From positions 1 to 37,420 of the forward strand of contig NIVC01003656.1 of assembly GCA_002269645.1 (NCBI GenBank): a DNA stretch of 37,420 bases. Reading direction: 5' to 3'. Below the pieces are notes generated by a model that saw only the letters and a program-made list of their open reading frames with translations, searched no databases and was not told the origin of the DNA. The stretch's first letter is position 1; each line of letters begins with the position of its first letter. The stretch comes from Macrostomum lignano (lineage: Eukaryota). The position numbers and the translations under genes were made by a program. Below, piece by piece: positions 1-12,113 of this stretch.

Positions 1-163
1 TAACTGCTTGTTTTATTAGAAAGCTGGAAGACTGCCTAAATAATTATATTACTATGCTGATGATATTATAATAATTTGCTAAATAAGCATTTAAAAGTCT
101 AGTCGATAAGATCGAAACAATATTTCACTAAAAAATCGATTAACCAAATCAAACAAAGCGCAC

Positions 164-395
164 CTTATCCAAGCACTCTTGACCATTAGCCTTGAGTCAA
201 CCTCCACCTGTCGCAGGGAACCGTCTGGCAGGACAATGTCAACGTGAAAGCATTTCTGCTTGTTGTTGACGCTGGCGCCTACTATGGATGACGGATAGGG
301 TAGCTAGCACTGGCGAGTTGGCGCGGCGAGCCGACACTGACAGTGGCGTCCTCTGACCGGCCGCTGCTGATTGCATCATGCGACGATGAAGCCAT
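164..395 (-). CDS. Possible exon of a third gene with a beta-grasp (FERM-F1/RA/RBD-like) motif
   Basis: GC-richer island in AT-rich DNA. Minus strand 252->164 reads CFHVDIVLPDGSLRQVEVDSRLMVKSAWI and ends at AG|GTGCGC. The upstream ATG at 395 (MASSSHDA...) is in another frame. Similarity is judged by eye only. Confidence 0.3.
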
Positions 396-1029
396 GATGG
401 TGGCTGCTTCCCATTCAATTCAATACTATTTAATCTAATAGTCTTGAAAATAAGAAGGAACAGAATGATTTTTAGCTTGTTTTTCCCCTAGTTGCTTTTT
501 GCACGACTTGTTGGACTTCAAACAAGCCTTACCGTTTTTTTCTTTTTCAGTTTGCCCTAGGACCCTAGGCCCAGCTATAGCTCTTGTCCTGGGTTCTTCC
601 AGTTCGGCCTGTGTTTGCACTTATATTTGTTCGTTTGGAGGTTTTGGGGTGTGAAGCAATTCCAAGCCCTGTACTCTAGAGATAGCAGAGGTTAAGCTAG
701 TGTACAGTTTACTCCTATACCCAATAGATTGTACAGTCCAGACTAGGGAGGAGGGTTTGGGAATGTACATAGCCAAAGCTAATGGCCTTGGGGCTTGGCC
801 AATACAACACTAGCTGAATTTTACCAAATGGCCTTGCCTTGGGGGTTTGGGGGCTTGTCGTGTCTATTTTCATACAACTTGCTCCACTCATACTGTACTG
901 TGTCACGCAGTTTATGCGTGTCAGCGTCACACATTTGCCCTGAGCTTTGCTTTTTTACATTTTACAATGAATAAGGCTTCTGTAGAGGAGGTCCTTCCTA
1001 CCAAGACGCACGAAATGATCTTCTAACGA

Positions 1030-1076
1030 TACAGTATCAAGGACCACTAGAACTTCTAGTGGTCCTTGTACAGTAT
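1030..1076. mobile_element. 31-bp palindromic micro-element (1038-1068) with 8-bp TSD, hAT-like
   Basis: TACAGTAT | CAAGGACCACTAGAA C TTCTAGTGGTCCTTG | TACAGTAT: perfect 15-bp inverted arms and perfect 8-bp flanking direct repeats. Confidence 0.7.
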
Positions 1077-2492
1077 TAGCACGACCACACCCATTTTGCA
1101 CTGTCCTGACTGTCGTTCTTTTAAAAAATCTTGAAAGGCGCTTTTTTGGCTTGCATGCTTGCATGCGGTTCAAAGGATTTAAAGCAAACAAAAAACAACT
1201 ACGGAACGCAATAACCTAAAATAATCAAAGGGCATTTCATTGTAGCAGCGATATTTTTAGTAGAAGAGCATTGTTTCCTTTAGTTTAATAAAACAAATAA
1301 TCAGAATGTTAGAAGCAAGTAGGAGACAACCAATTAATAATTTCTAGTTTGAATTCATGTTTAAATGGACACAGCTGTAAACTGGAAGCTAAGAAAGGAT
1401 TATTAGCAATATATGAACATACTGGCCAGTACGGATCTTCATTTTTGCAAAAATTTTTATTACAGTAGCTATGTGTAGTGCATGTGTTTCATAGTATGTG
1501 TATAGGTAGGTATGCTGGAGTAAAGTTCTGAATATTCGAGTTCGTGAAATTTCAAGCACGTGAAGTTTCGAATTTAGGAAGTTTACCTACTGTCTACGAC
1601 GTTTTCGAGCTTGTTTCAAACCTATAACCGTTGTTGGATCATAAGTTAATAAAGACCTTCAATTGTTCACGCTGAACTTGTCCTAACGCAGACGAAAAAA
1701 TTAACTGCCTACTAGTCTACTGACGAGTAGCACAACAGACATTTTCCTACTTTTTATTCTATCACGGCTCATAAATTCAAAAGATTAAACACAAATGAAA
1801 TTGCATAAAGTCCATTAACTAGTATTACCGTAATGATGCAGACTTGCAATACCAAACTGTATATTTTTTGTGCATTTTTGTTAAATTCAGATTATCAAAT
1901 TAGATTTTAGTATAATGGATTACGATTAGACGGGAGCCTACGCATCTCTCAATGTTCATTTTCTGAAATTTTCTGAAGAGTTCATCTTAACTTGCTTCTG
2001 CATCTAAATTCAATATTATTGCGAAAGCAGACAGCAAAAGAGTTAACTATGTATACTGTCCTTTTATCAATAGCGCACAAAATTCGACTTATTTGTGAAG
2101 GAGTTATTTACAAAAGGTTATATAAATCAATTGGACACACGTACCTGTAATTGTATAAGGAATGAGTATGGGGCATTGCGGTAACAGAGAGATTTAGCAG
2201 ACAACACCTGACCTCTTCATGCAATAATAAAGCACATTATTAGAACACACAAAATCGTTTTATCCACATCTATTTAAATTTTTTGGGCCAAAGTCAAAGA
2301 CGAGCCCCCTTCTATGCAATTTCATCCATAGAACTTCTATTTTTTATGGTATACATGTGTAGTGCTGCTTTAGACTTGACAAGCTTGACAGTGAACTATA
2401 ATCAATTAATCAATAGTAATATATTAAAAAGCTAGTCTAAATCAGTTTTGAGTGTCACAGATCGAGCAAAAGCAGCAATGTTTTTAATCTTT

Positions 2493-2678
2493 TCAACCGT
2501 CCGAGAGCCGCTCCATCCAGTTGGGTGACTTGAAGAACTCCGGCACCTGTTGGTCCATTCGAGCAATCACCTTGTAGATTGGCTTCTTCCACGACTGCTC
2601 CTGGTCTTTGCTGGCTGACAGGGCCTTGAAGAACTCACGCAGGGTTGCCTCGATCACATTGCGAAAATGGCTGGGGAC
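2493..2678 (-). CDS. pros: Prospero/PROX coding exon 5 (last; Prospero domain C-terminus)
   Basis: Acceptor cccgcag|, then VPSHFRNVIEATLREFFKALSASKDQEQSWKKPIYKVIARMDQQVPEFFKSPNWMERLSDG*. Matches the Prospero-domain hallmark (LREFF...SWKKxIYKVI). 186 nt, phase 0. Confidence 0.97.
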   Translation of the reverse strand, partial: VPSHFRNVIEATLREFFKALSASKDQEQSWKKPIYKVIARMDQQVPEFFKSPNWMERLSDG

Positions 2679-2761
2679 CTGCGGGTTGGGGGAGCGGATG
2701 GGATGAACTGGGATTCTGGGGATTTAAATTTGTCTTCTATGGTTGTCGAAAGGGTGCGGGA

Positions 2762-2912
2762 TGGCAAGTAACCAAACTCTTAAGTATGGGACTGGGAGTG
2801 TGGGGTGGCAGGTAACCAAGCTCTAAAGTGTGGGGAATGGCAGTGTGGGGTGGCAGGTAACCAAGCTCTAAAGTGTGGGGAATGGGAGTGTGGTGTGGCA
2901 GGTAACCAAAGT
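2762..2912. repeat. 45-bp minisatellite, about 3.3 copies, in pros intron 4
   Basis: TGGCAGGTAACC recurs at 2806, 2851 and 2896, with a variant at 2762. Confidence 0.9.
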
Positions 2913-2980
2913 CATAAGCCTTATAGTGTTGGATGGTAAGGAGCCACAAAGCACCGGAGGCACCTGGCAGCGCCATTTAC

Positions 2981-3125
2981 CTCAATCTGGTTGTTCCTGT
3001 TGTAGTGCAGGTTGAGCACCCTGTAGATCTCCGAGTCAGAGTTAATCACGATGTCCTCAGCCGAGGGCACGCCCTCAACGATGGCCTGTCGGGCGTACTT
3101 CTCCATCTGGATGTAGAAGAACTCG
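2981..3125 (-). CDS. pros: Prospero/PROX coding exon 4 (homeodomain end and Prospero domain)
   Basis: ctccttgcag|C, then [48 protein letters not shown]|gtaaat. 145 nt; phase 2 in, phase 0 out. Confidence 0.97.
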
Positions 3126-4890
3126 CTGCAAGGAGACGGGGAGAGAGGCTTGGAATTTTAGTCGCTGATTATCTTACTTATAGTAAGTAGTAGTGTAAAT
3201 TTCAGTCACCGCAGAACTAGCATCTGCGAACTCCCATTGATTCATTGATTCAAACATGTACGCTCTTGGAAAATCTGCTGGGAACCAATCTGGGACAGTA
3301 CTGCATGACTTTATCTCGAAGACACAATTCAAAGCTTTGTTCAACAAAGCCATTCGGATCGGAATTTAATACGAGACAAAAACCTCCATTATTGGCAGCA
3401 AATATATTGAGCAAGGAAGGAAGACAATGCTGAATTGAGCACAGTAAACTCGCAGCTTTGAGCAAAGCAGTGAGTGACAGTGAGCAGTATTTTAGAGGAT
3501 TATTAGGTGTCCAAGTGTCAACTGATGGTGGCGATAATGGCCCACTGAGGGACATTAAATGGACAATGTGCAGTGGGGCGGGGCAGTGTGGACCCGGCCT
3601 CCAGTTAGTTCCCCGTGTGGCGTGGTTTGAGCTGAACAAACAAGCAAAGCTGCAACATTCGCTGGCTCGGGATGGGCAGCGGGATCTGATGAGTGTTTAG
3701 TGCGATGATGAGATGAAGGAAATAGAAGTTTGAGAGTGCCAGAGACAGTGGAGTCCCGGGCTGACGGTCTTATTTGAGCGGCCAAACCCTGAGCACGCGG
3801 CCCCGCCAGCTTCACCCTCTTGAGTCCCTCACGGCCGGCCTTGAGTCTCTGCTTCTCCTAGGCCGGGGAGGGGGGCGATGTTTGACCAAGACCCCCAGGC
3901 GCCCGAAGGTGCGCTGATAGTTAATTATTTTGATGACCCAGCCGAGGCCCAGAAATCTACACTTTGCCTTCATTCCGGGCCCACCCTCATCCACTTGGTT
4001 GCATTCTCACCTCCCCCCCCCTAACGCGTATGGGGGAAGAGCTCCCCTGAGATCACTTCTCAATATCCGCGATTCCCTCGGCAAGCAGAAATTTGGGAAT
4101 AATGAAGAGAGGTGGTGCAGAGGCGAAGAACCAAAGCGAGTAAGTCAAATAAGCATTTTGGGTTGCCGCTGTTAGTCAGATTTAGTGAGCCTCGGCTTCT
4201 CCCTGTAACCTTCTCCTGCAGTGTTGACTCTGCCTCGGGTCCGAAGCGCCACCAAATCACCCCCCCCCCCGCGGTGAGTCGGCCAAGTTGCCTAATCTGG
4301 GAAACCCACCATGGAATTGGGAAAACTATTTTTCCAGTTTAAATCATTGGGCAAAAGTTATAAAACATCTCTGAGAATGGCGCCAAGTAAGATGCGGAGC
4401 TGTTTCAAGTCAGCAGAGTCGCCAAGTTGTAGTCGGGCCGCTTCCTAACTCAATTTGGCAACCCGCGAGCTTTTCACAAAATACGGAATCCCCCTAGAAA
4501 CTGTCTTCCCCGATCCCACAGCGAATTCCCACCAGGGGTTTGAGGCCGGGGTCGCCACTTAAGACCCGGGGAAGAACCGGTGGTGCCGACGCTTCAAAAG
4601 TGGCTAAAGCAATTTTCTCCGGAAAAAATACGCCGCGCAGATGCCAAGAATGACTCGACAAAAAGAGGCCTGTCCGGAACATCTGCATAAATTTCTTTGC
4701 TGCGACTCGACTCGCAACTTTCCCTTCTGTGCCACCTCTCTCTCTGCCTCTCGCCTCCACGGCCTCATAAACTGATTATTTGGCTTCTGAACTGAGGACT
4801 CCGAAACATCTCTGCTTTCAGCTTCAAGGGACTGGCAGCAGCCCTGCCTGTCTCTACGTTCTGACTTTCAGTTTGCCCTTGTATCTTGCT

Positions 4891-5800
4891 CACTGTCTCT
4901 CCCCCTGTCTCTCTCCCTGTCTCGCTCCCCGTCTCTCCCCCTGTCTCTCTCCCTGTCTCGCTCCCCGTCTCTCCCCCTGTCTCTCTCCCTGTCTCTCCCC
5001 CTGTCTCTCTCCCTGTCTCTCCCCCTGTCTCTCCCCCTGTCTCTCTTCCTGTCTCTCCCCCTGTCTCTCTCCCTGTCTCTCTACCTGTCTCTCCCCCCCG
5101 TCTCTCTCCCTGTCTCACTCCCTGTCTCTCTACCTGTCTCTCCCCCTGTCTCTCTCCCTGTTTCTCTACCTGTCTCTCTCCCAGTCTCTCCCCCCGTCTC
5201 TCCCCCCGTCTCTCTCCCTGTCTCTCCCCTGTCTCTCTCCCTGTCTCTCTACCTGTCTCTCTCCCAGTCTCTCCCCCCGTCTCTCCCCCGTCTCTCTCCC
5301 TGTCTCTCCCCCCGTCTCTCCCCCCGTTTCTCTCCCTGTCTCTCCCCCTGTCTCTCTCCCTGTTTCTCTACCTGTCTCTCTCCCAGTCTCTCCCCCGTCT
5401 CTCCCCCGTCTCTCTCCCTGTCTCTCTCCCTGTCTCTCTCCCTGTCTCTCTACCTGTCTCTCCCCCTGTCTCTCTCCCTGTCTCTCTACCTGTCTCTCTC
5501 CCAGTCTCTCCCCCCGTCTCTCTCCCTGTCTCACTCCCTGTCTCTCTACCTGTCTCTCCCCCTGTCTCTCTCCCTGTTTCTCTACCTGTCTCTCTCCCAG
5601 TCTCTCCCCCGTCTCTCCCCCGTCTCTCTCCCTGTCTCTCCCCCTGTCTCTCTCCCTGTCTCTCTACCTGTCTCTCTCCCAGTCTCTCCCCCCGTCTCTC
5701 CCCCCGTCTCTCTCCCTGTCTCTCTACCTGTCTCTCTCCCTGTCTCTCTCCCTGTCTCTCTACCTGTCTCTCCCCCGTCTCTCTCCCTGTCTCACTCCGT
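4891..5800. repeat. Degenerate ~12-bp pyrimidine-rich minisatellite (CCCTGTCTCTCT / CCCCGTCTCTCC / TACCTGTCTCTC) in pros intron 3
   Basis: Direct reading; source of the SPCL/VSLP ORFs. Confidence 0.95.
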
Positions 5801-5855
5801 CTCTGTCCATGCCACAACCCCTGCCAGTCTTTCTTCGCATCCGTCTCTCTCTCAG

Positions 5856-5856
<1 letters not shown>

Positions 5857-5928
<72 letters not shown>
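5857..5928. repeat. (CT)n microsatellite
   Basis: About 36 perfect CT units. Confidence 0.98.
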
Positions 5929-5939
<11 letters not shown>

Positions 5940-6697
5940 CTATTGAATCTTAATAATTCCAGCCATGCAAGACAAGTCTGGATAGATGCGCAACAGACCA
6001 GAGAGGTGGCAAGGATTACATAGATCTCAGATCCCGCCTCGGAGTGCCAGCCGTCACAATGGGATTGCAGAGGCGGAACGCACACACAGGCTTAAGCAGC
6101 CTATCCGAGGTGAGTGGAGCAAACAAGGCTATCGCAGAACAGGAGAAACAGAAAGAGATTTTAGAGAGATTGGTGAATAAGTGAATAACGGAGCAAATGC
6201 AGCCGGCAGTTATCTCTGATTTTAGACGCTGAGTCTCTGCGCGCCCCGCTCCTTTTCCCACCCAGCCTCTCCAGCGCAGTCTTGCCATCTTTTGCTAGCA
6301 GAGCAGTCACGGAACAATAATATTAAAAAGCTCAGCGGAGCAGCGCACTGAGAATCGCAATTCACTCAGGCTTCGCTCGCTCACTTACTCAGAAACCTCT
6401 TTGCCAGACAATGGGGAGACGGAGCAGGCAGATGCTCTCTGCTGGGGATTTGTCTTCTCAGCGCCCGGTTGCAGAAATGCGAAAGACAAAGATGAGAGAG
6501 AGAGAGAGAGAGAGAAAGAGATTCAATCAGCGCTTTCCAATTGAGACGTGCGGGAGAAGAGCCAAGCTGAGCACTGCTGAAAGAGGCTTTCTGATGCGAT
6601 TGAGATGAAGACTCAGTCTGAGCGCTTTAGATTGATTCGATATCGGAAGAACACTGAAAGAAACTGAATTTTTAATAAATGAGATTTAAAAGCTCAC

Positions 6698-6852
6698 CGA
6701 AAATTGGAGAACCACTTCACCAGTTGTGCCGTGTTGTTCTTGTTGAACTTCACGTCCGGGAAGTAGGCCTTGAGCACCGCGGAGCTGGGGTAGCGGTTGT
6801 AGAAGAACAGCAGCTTGGCCTTGCGCAGGTGGATTGGCGTCAGCGTCGTGGT
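6698..6852 (-). CDS. pros: Prospero/PROX coding exon 3 (atypical homeodomain)
   Basis: gcgcag|[51 protein letters not shown](R)|gtgagc. Classic Prospero homeodomain. 155 nt, phase 0 to phase 2. Confidence 0.98.
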
Positions 6853-7407
6853 CTGCGCGCATATTCGATTGAGAATTGGTTAAGGAATCATTTCGAATAC
6901 GGGTTCCGCTTTGCTCGGAACCTGCGACTCCACAGGTGTTTCGTTGCCCGCCCGGCCCAACTCCCCCATCGAGACAAAGCCGCAATTAGCTGCTAATACG
7001 GTAATAGGAGACACAGAGATGCCCAGGTAAACAAAACTATATTAGCCAGTGGAAACTAGCTAAGAGGGTAGTGCATTTTGTGTTGCTTATAGTAGAGAAG
7101 TTGGTTACAGACCCGTTGATGCCTCTGTTTACATCCGCGCCTGGCGGAGTTGCGGGGAGGAAGAAAAGGAATTTTCGGAGGAAGCTGAATCTGGGAGAAG
7201 TGACTTGGGGCACCCGAAGCTGGGCCCAGCTGGTGGGGGACTCCGGTGGCCCATGCAGTGTAAACAGTGATGTCAGGCCGACTGGAACAAGGATTGGAAT
7301 GTCAGAGATTAACAACCAGAAGCTGGCGGGTTGAACGGCTGGGCTGGGAGGTGCCCTGGAGACCCAAGACTCTGTGACCCGGGACTTGGCCGCCTGTTGT
7401 ACTGTCG

Positions 7408-7935
<528 letters not shown>

Positions 7936-8956
7936 TTGGTTGGTAGAGTACATGTAGATCGGTAGGTAAATAAGCAGACAGTGTGAGATTGACACAAAAG
8001 AACTCAGGCAGACAAGAAGCAGAAAGCGGGTGCTCTCGACTTTTTCCTGCCGCGCCTCTTCTTTTCTGCCCCGTCACGAACCCAAAAACGCATTTTCTGG
8101 CCTTCAGTCAGCTTTCTTCATTGTTCCCCCCAGTTTCCTTCTGTTTCCTTCTTCCGGGCAAAGGCTAAAGAAACACAAATTATGGAGCAGCTTTTTGAAA
8201 GCAAAATGAGGGCCCCGGTTTTTCTTTGCCCGACCGCCGTTCCCGCACCCTCTGACGAGCAGGCAGCCTGCAGCAGCCGCCGACTTCCGCTAGAACTGAA
8301 GTGCCAGTTCTGTCATTTTCTTTGTCTTTCGCTGTCCCACTTGGAGCGCGGGCCATTGACTTTGAACTGTACAGCTGGGCATTTCCAGCCCTTCTAAAAC
8401 TCCTATGGCCTCCCATACATAGAGACGGGCCTCGCGATAGCAAAGTGAACAGCATTTCGGAGCTGTCGTAGAATTCTTTATGGGCCTCTCAGGTTTCTCG
8501 AAGGAGCAGGCGGGCCACTACTGAGGTGTCGAGTTCGATGACTTGCTGCTCCCCACGCATCCCCAGGGGAGCCCGGCGGTCGAGCAGTTTAAAACCCAAT
8601 CCAAGCAATTTCTTCGAAGAATTCTGGCACAGGATTCCTGGAGACCAGCCGCTGGAATCAGATATTCATGGGGGCGGGTGGGGGGGGAGAAGACTCGAGC
8701 TGTTCGATGCCCCATCAATTTTAGATTCAGGAGAGTCTCGAAGTGGGAATTCCTGCGGCCTGCGCGTAAGAGATGGGCAGAGCCGAGAAATGTCATCAAG
8801 GAGTGCGCGGCTAATTTTCTTGCTTGGGTTGCTGGGTTGGATTGCCTGTGTCTCCTAGGAGAAGGGGGCACAGATGGAAGCGAATGGGGCTGATGCATCT
8901 TCCAGTCTTGAAGGAATTTGTTTAGAAAAGAAACAAAAATAGCGCATGCCAAATTC

Positions 8957-9166
8957 GAAACGGCGCATCTCATTCTTGAAACGGCGCATCTCATTCTTGA
9001 AACAGCGCATCTCATTCTTGAAACAGCGCATCTCATTCTTGAAACAGCGCATCTCATTCTTGAAACGGCGCATCTCATTCTTGAAACAGCGCATCTCATT
9101 CTTGAAACGGCGCATCTCATTCTTGAAACGGCGCATCTCATTCTTGAAACGGCGCATCTCATATTC
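8957..9166. repeat. 21-bp minisatellite GAAAC(G/A)GCGCATCTCATTCTT x10
   Basis: Ten near-perfect units starting about 40 nt inside pros intron 2. Confidence 0.97.
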
Positions 9167-9205
9167 AAAACAGCGCCTGCGAAAAAATTTTTTCGAAAAG
9201 AATAC

Positions 9206-9511
9206 CTGCGCCAGACACTCGAATGGTCCTCCGGCGGATGTCGAACTCAGCACCATGTCAGCAGATTCCATGCCACCGCCGTTGCCGCCGCCGAAGGAGG
9301 CTGGGGATGAGGCTCCGCTGTTGTTATTGTTGTTGTTGTTGTTGTTCTGGCCTCGAGGAGACGAGGCCAGGGAGTCCTGTTGATGCTGCATGGCCAAGTG
9401 GTCCTGATGCGATCCCGTCAGCCCTGTCTGGCAGAAGCCCAACTCCGGCTCATCAGCGCTGGACAACTGCTGGTGGCGAGAGGTCCTTGGCGACAGGCGG
9501 GTGTCCGTCAC
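9206..9511 (-). CDS. pros: Prospero/PROX coding exon 2
   Basis: atcgcag|VTDTRLSPRTSR... completes the conserved KKKRxKVTDTRxxPR motif across intron 1. Contains poly-Asn (9320-9346) and ends ...PFECLAQ|gtattc. 306 nt, phase 0/0. Confidence 0.9.
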
Positions 9512-10250
9512 CTGCGATTGTCCGGTCAGGAGGAGAGACCATGGAGTTAGGCCATAGACATTCCCACCTGACACTTTCGGGCCAAAGTGTCAATCAGTTA
9601 GAAGCTGGGTGTTAATTCATACTTCTCAGGAAATTTCTCCTTTTTTAAAGACGAGACAAGAAAACTCCCTCCAATGGCTTATTGTTCCCCGCGTACCTCA
9701 TCTCTTCTCTCTTGCCATTTCTGCTTTCACTTCTAATTCAGAGAAAGAGAGAGAGGGGGAGACAAAAGAAGGCTCTGGCACTTGGTTGATGAAGAAGAAA
9801 TTTTTCTCCAAGTTTCCCCTTCAGCCAGCCATCAAAAACTGTTGCTTCTGCTACAAAGCCAGAAATCCGGTCCGTTGCTGTCGAGAAAACGCAAAAGAAT
9901 AAAAGGAAGCAGGGAGATTCTCTCAAGTGTCCTCTCTCTCTCTCTCTCGCAGTGTCAAGACATGCGCCCAGCCTCTTTCATAACAGATGCAGCGCATCAG
10001 CGGCCCCGCACACCGCGCGAATGAATAACGCATGAAGCCTGCACCCGTAATTAAATAGAAGATTCTTTTGCCTGGGAATGCGGCCCCTCCACTTGCGCCT
10101 CCTTAGCCAGCGTGGGAAAACTTTCCCGAACCGCTGTACCTTGGCCGGCTGCCTCAGCTCAACTCAGTTTCCTTTGTCTGCGCCAGGAGAAATGAGGTGG
10201 GGCAGGAGAAACCCTGGACGAAAAAACAATAATGAACGGCCCCGGCTCAC

Positions 10251-12026
10251 CTTAGTTCGCTTCTTCTTGGGGGTGTTCACCACCAGAGGCAGGGCCTCGC
10301 ACTGCTCCCCGCTCTGCTGGAAGCTGGACAGCAGGTGGTTCATCGATGAGTGCTGCTGCTGAGGCGCCTGCGGCTGTTGCTGCGGTGGCTGCTCCTTCTT
10401 CTGGAAGAGGCCAGCAGCAGCGGCTGAGTAGAATGATGACGGATGCGGCAGCTGCGGAGCCTGCGGCGGCGGTGGCGGTGGCGGCGGTGGCGGCGGCGGC
10501 GGTGGCGGCGGAGGCGCGCAGGCGAACTGCGGAGGCAGCGCACCGCGCCAGTGCTCCTCGATGAGGCGGCGCCCGAACTCCGGCAGCGAGTAGAGCGGAT
10601 GCGGAGGCGGATGCTGGTGCGGATGCTGATGCGGATGCGGCGGCAGTTTTGGAAAGCGGGCGGCGGCGGCCTCTTCAAACAGCTGCGAGACGTGCGGCAT
10701 TGAGAGGCCATAGAGACCCAGCCCTCGCTGCTGCTGCTGCTGCTGCTGATGTTGTTGCAGCTGCTGAAATTGCTGCTCCTGCAGCCGGGCCGCTGCCAGA
10801 CGCAGCTGAGCCTTCATGCCTTCGCGAATTTTCGCCATTAACGAATCGACCATCTTGCTGACATCCTCGCTCACCTGCTTCTTGAGTGAATCGGCCAGAC
10901 TGCGGATCTGCGCCTCGGTCAGGAAGGGCGCCAGGCCCGCCTGCTGGGTCGGCGGAGGCGGCGGCGGCAGCTGCGGGCCGCGTGACGGCTGCGACACCTG
11001 CGGCTGCTGCGGCTTCTGCTGGTGAGCCGGTTGAAGCTGCGTCGACGGCTGCTGCTGCTGTGGCTGCTGCTGTGGTTGCTGCGGCTGCTGCCGGGGCTGC
11101 GGCGGCCTTGAAATTTTCGCCGATGTCTCGCAGCTCGACGCGGTGTCGTTTAGAAGCGAGTCACTCAGCAGAGAGGCCGCCGCCACGGCCTCCGTACCGC
11201 TGCTGCTGCTGTTGATGTTGCCGCTGCCGCCGCCGCCGCCGCCGCCGCTGTGGACTCCACTAGCGCCGCTCTCCCCATCCGACTCCGGCGCGGGGCTGCC
11301 CGCCTGGCCGCAGGAGGCCAGCAGGAGCCTGGAATAGTCCGCCTGCATCTGCGTCAGCCGCTCCTTCACCTTCTGGATCTCGGAGCGCATCTCGGCCGAC
11401 TGAAGCAGCTGGTGCGGCCCCAACAGCGGCTGCGGCGAGCTCTGCTTCCGCTTGCTCTGTCGGCGGCGAACGCTGCTCACAATGTCTTCGATTCTGGCGC
11501 GCTTCGCCCGACTGCCGGTGGCGCCTTCGAAGTCGTCCGTGTCGTCCCCATCGAGGTCGCCTTCGGCATCGTCGGAGGCCGTGGCAACGGCAGCGGCGGC
11601 GGCTGCGTCGGCTTCGACCTCCTCTCGAACGTCGGTGTCGTCGGCATCTCCCGCAGACAGGCCAGCGGCGCTGCCGAAATAATCTGCCTCGTCCTCGTCC
11701 TCCTCCTGGCCGGCCGAGGCGATTTTCAAAGCGAGCGGCTGATCGCAGGCTTCTTCCGCCTCTCTTCCGGCCGCAGCTTCTCCGGCCTCATCATCGTCCA
11801 TCGCCTCTTCATCATCGTCGTCTCCGTCAGCCTCATCGTCGGCGTCCTGCATGGCGGCTCGGCTGGGCCGGAGGATGCTGCGGACATAGTAGTCCGCGAG
11901 CTTGCGCTGCTCCTGACTGTCCGGCTGGCCGACTTCGGCTGGTGGCACCGAAGCCTCAGCATCCGCGCTGCTGTCCGCTTGCAGCATTGCGGAGGCCGCC
12001 GGCGGTTTGGCTGCCGCGCTCATCAT
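10251..12026 (-). CDS. pros: Prospero/PROX coding exon 1 (low-complexity N-terminus)
   Basis: MMSAAAKPP..., with PROX motifs KRARIEDIV, LADSLKKQVSEDVSKMVDSLM and EALPLVVNTPKKKRTK|gtgagc. Poly-Q/P/A/D tracts; 592 codons. The start ATG is inferred, so a few upstream codons are possible. Confidence 0.92.
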
Positions 12027-12097
12027 CTCGACGACTGTTGAACTGCAGAGTTGGCGCTCGATACTGACCAGCAAGTTCCGGATGTGCGATCCGAGTC

Positions 12098-12113
12098 CTG
12101 CACGGAAGGTTAG
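12098..12113 (-). other. Splice acceptor upstream of the pros ATG
   Basis: Minus strand ttt-CTAAC-cttccgtg-CAG|G: branch point, pyrimidine tract and AG, 71 nt before the ATG. Confidence 0.6.

Noticed and set aside
7037-7393. Cryptic in-frame exon after the AGAT tract (caacag|GCGGCC)
   Set aside because: No convincing phase-0 donor before the stop at 7037 and no Prospero similarity.
8518-8910. Possible extra pros exon (MHQPHSLP...), and the plus-strand peptide RILAQD resembling Drosophila Pros
   Set aside because: No good donor, composition unlike the other exons, and exon 2 already joins exon 3 in phase. RILAQD is on the wrong strand and is treated as coincidence.
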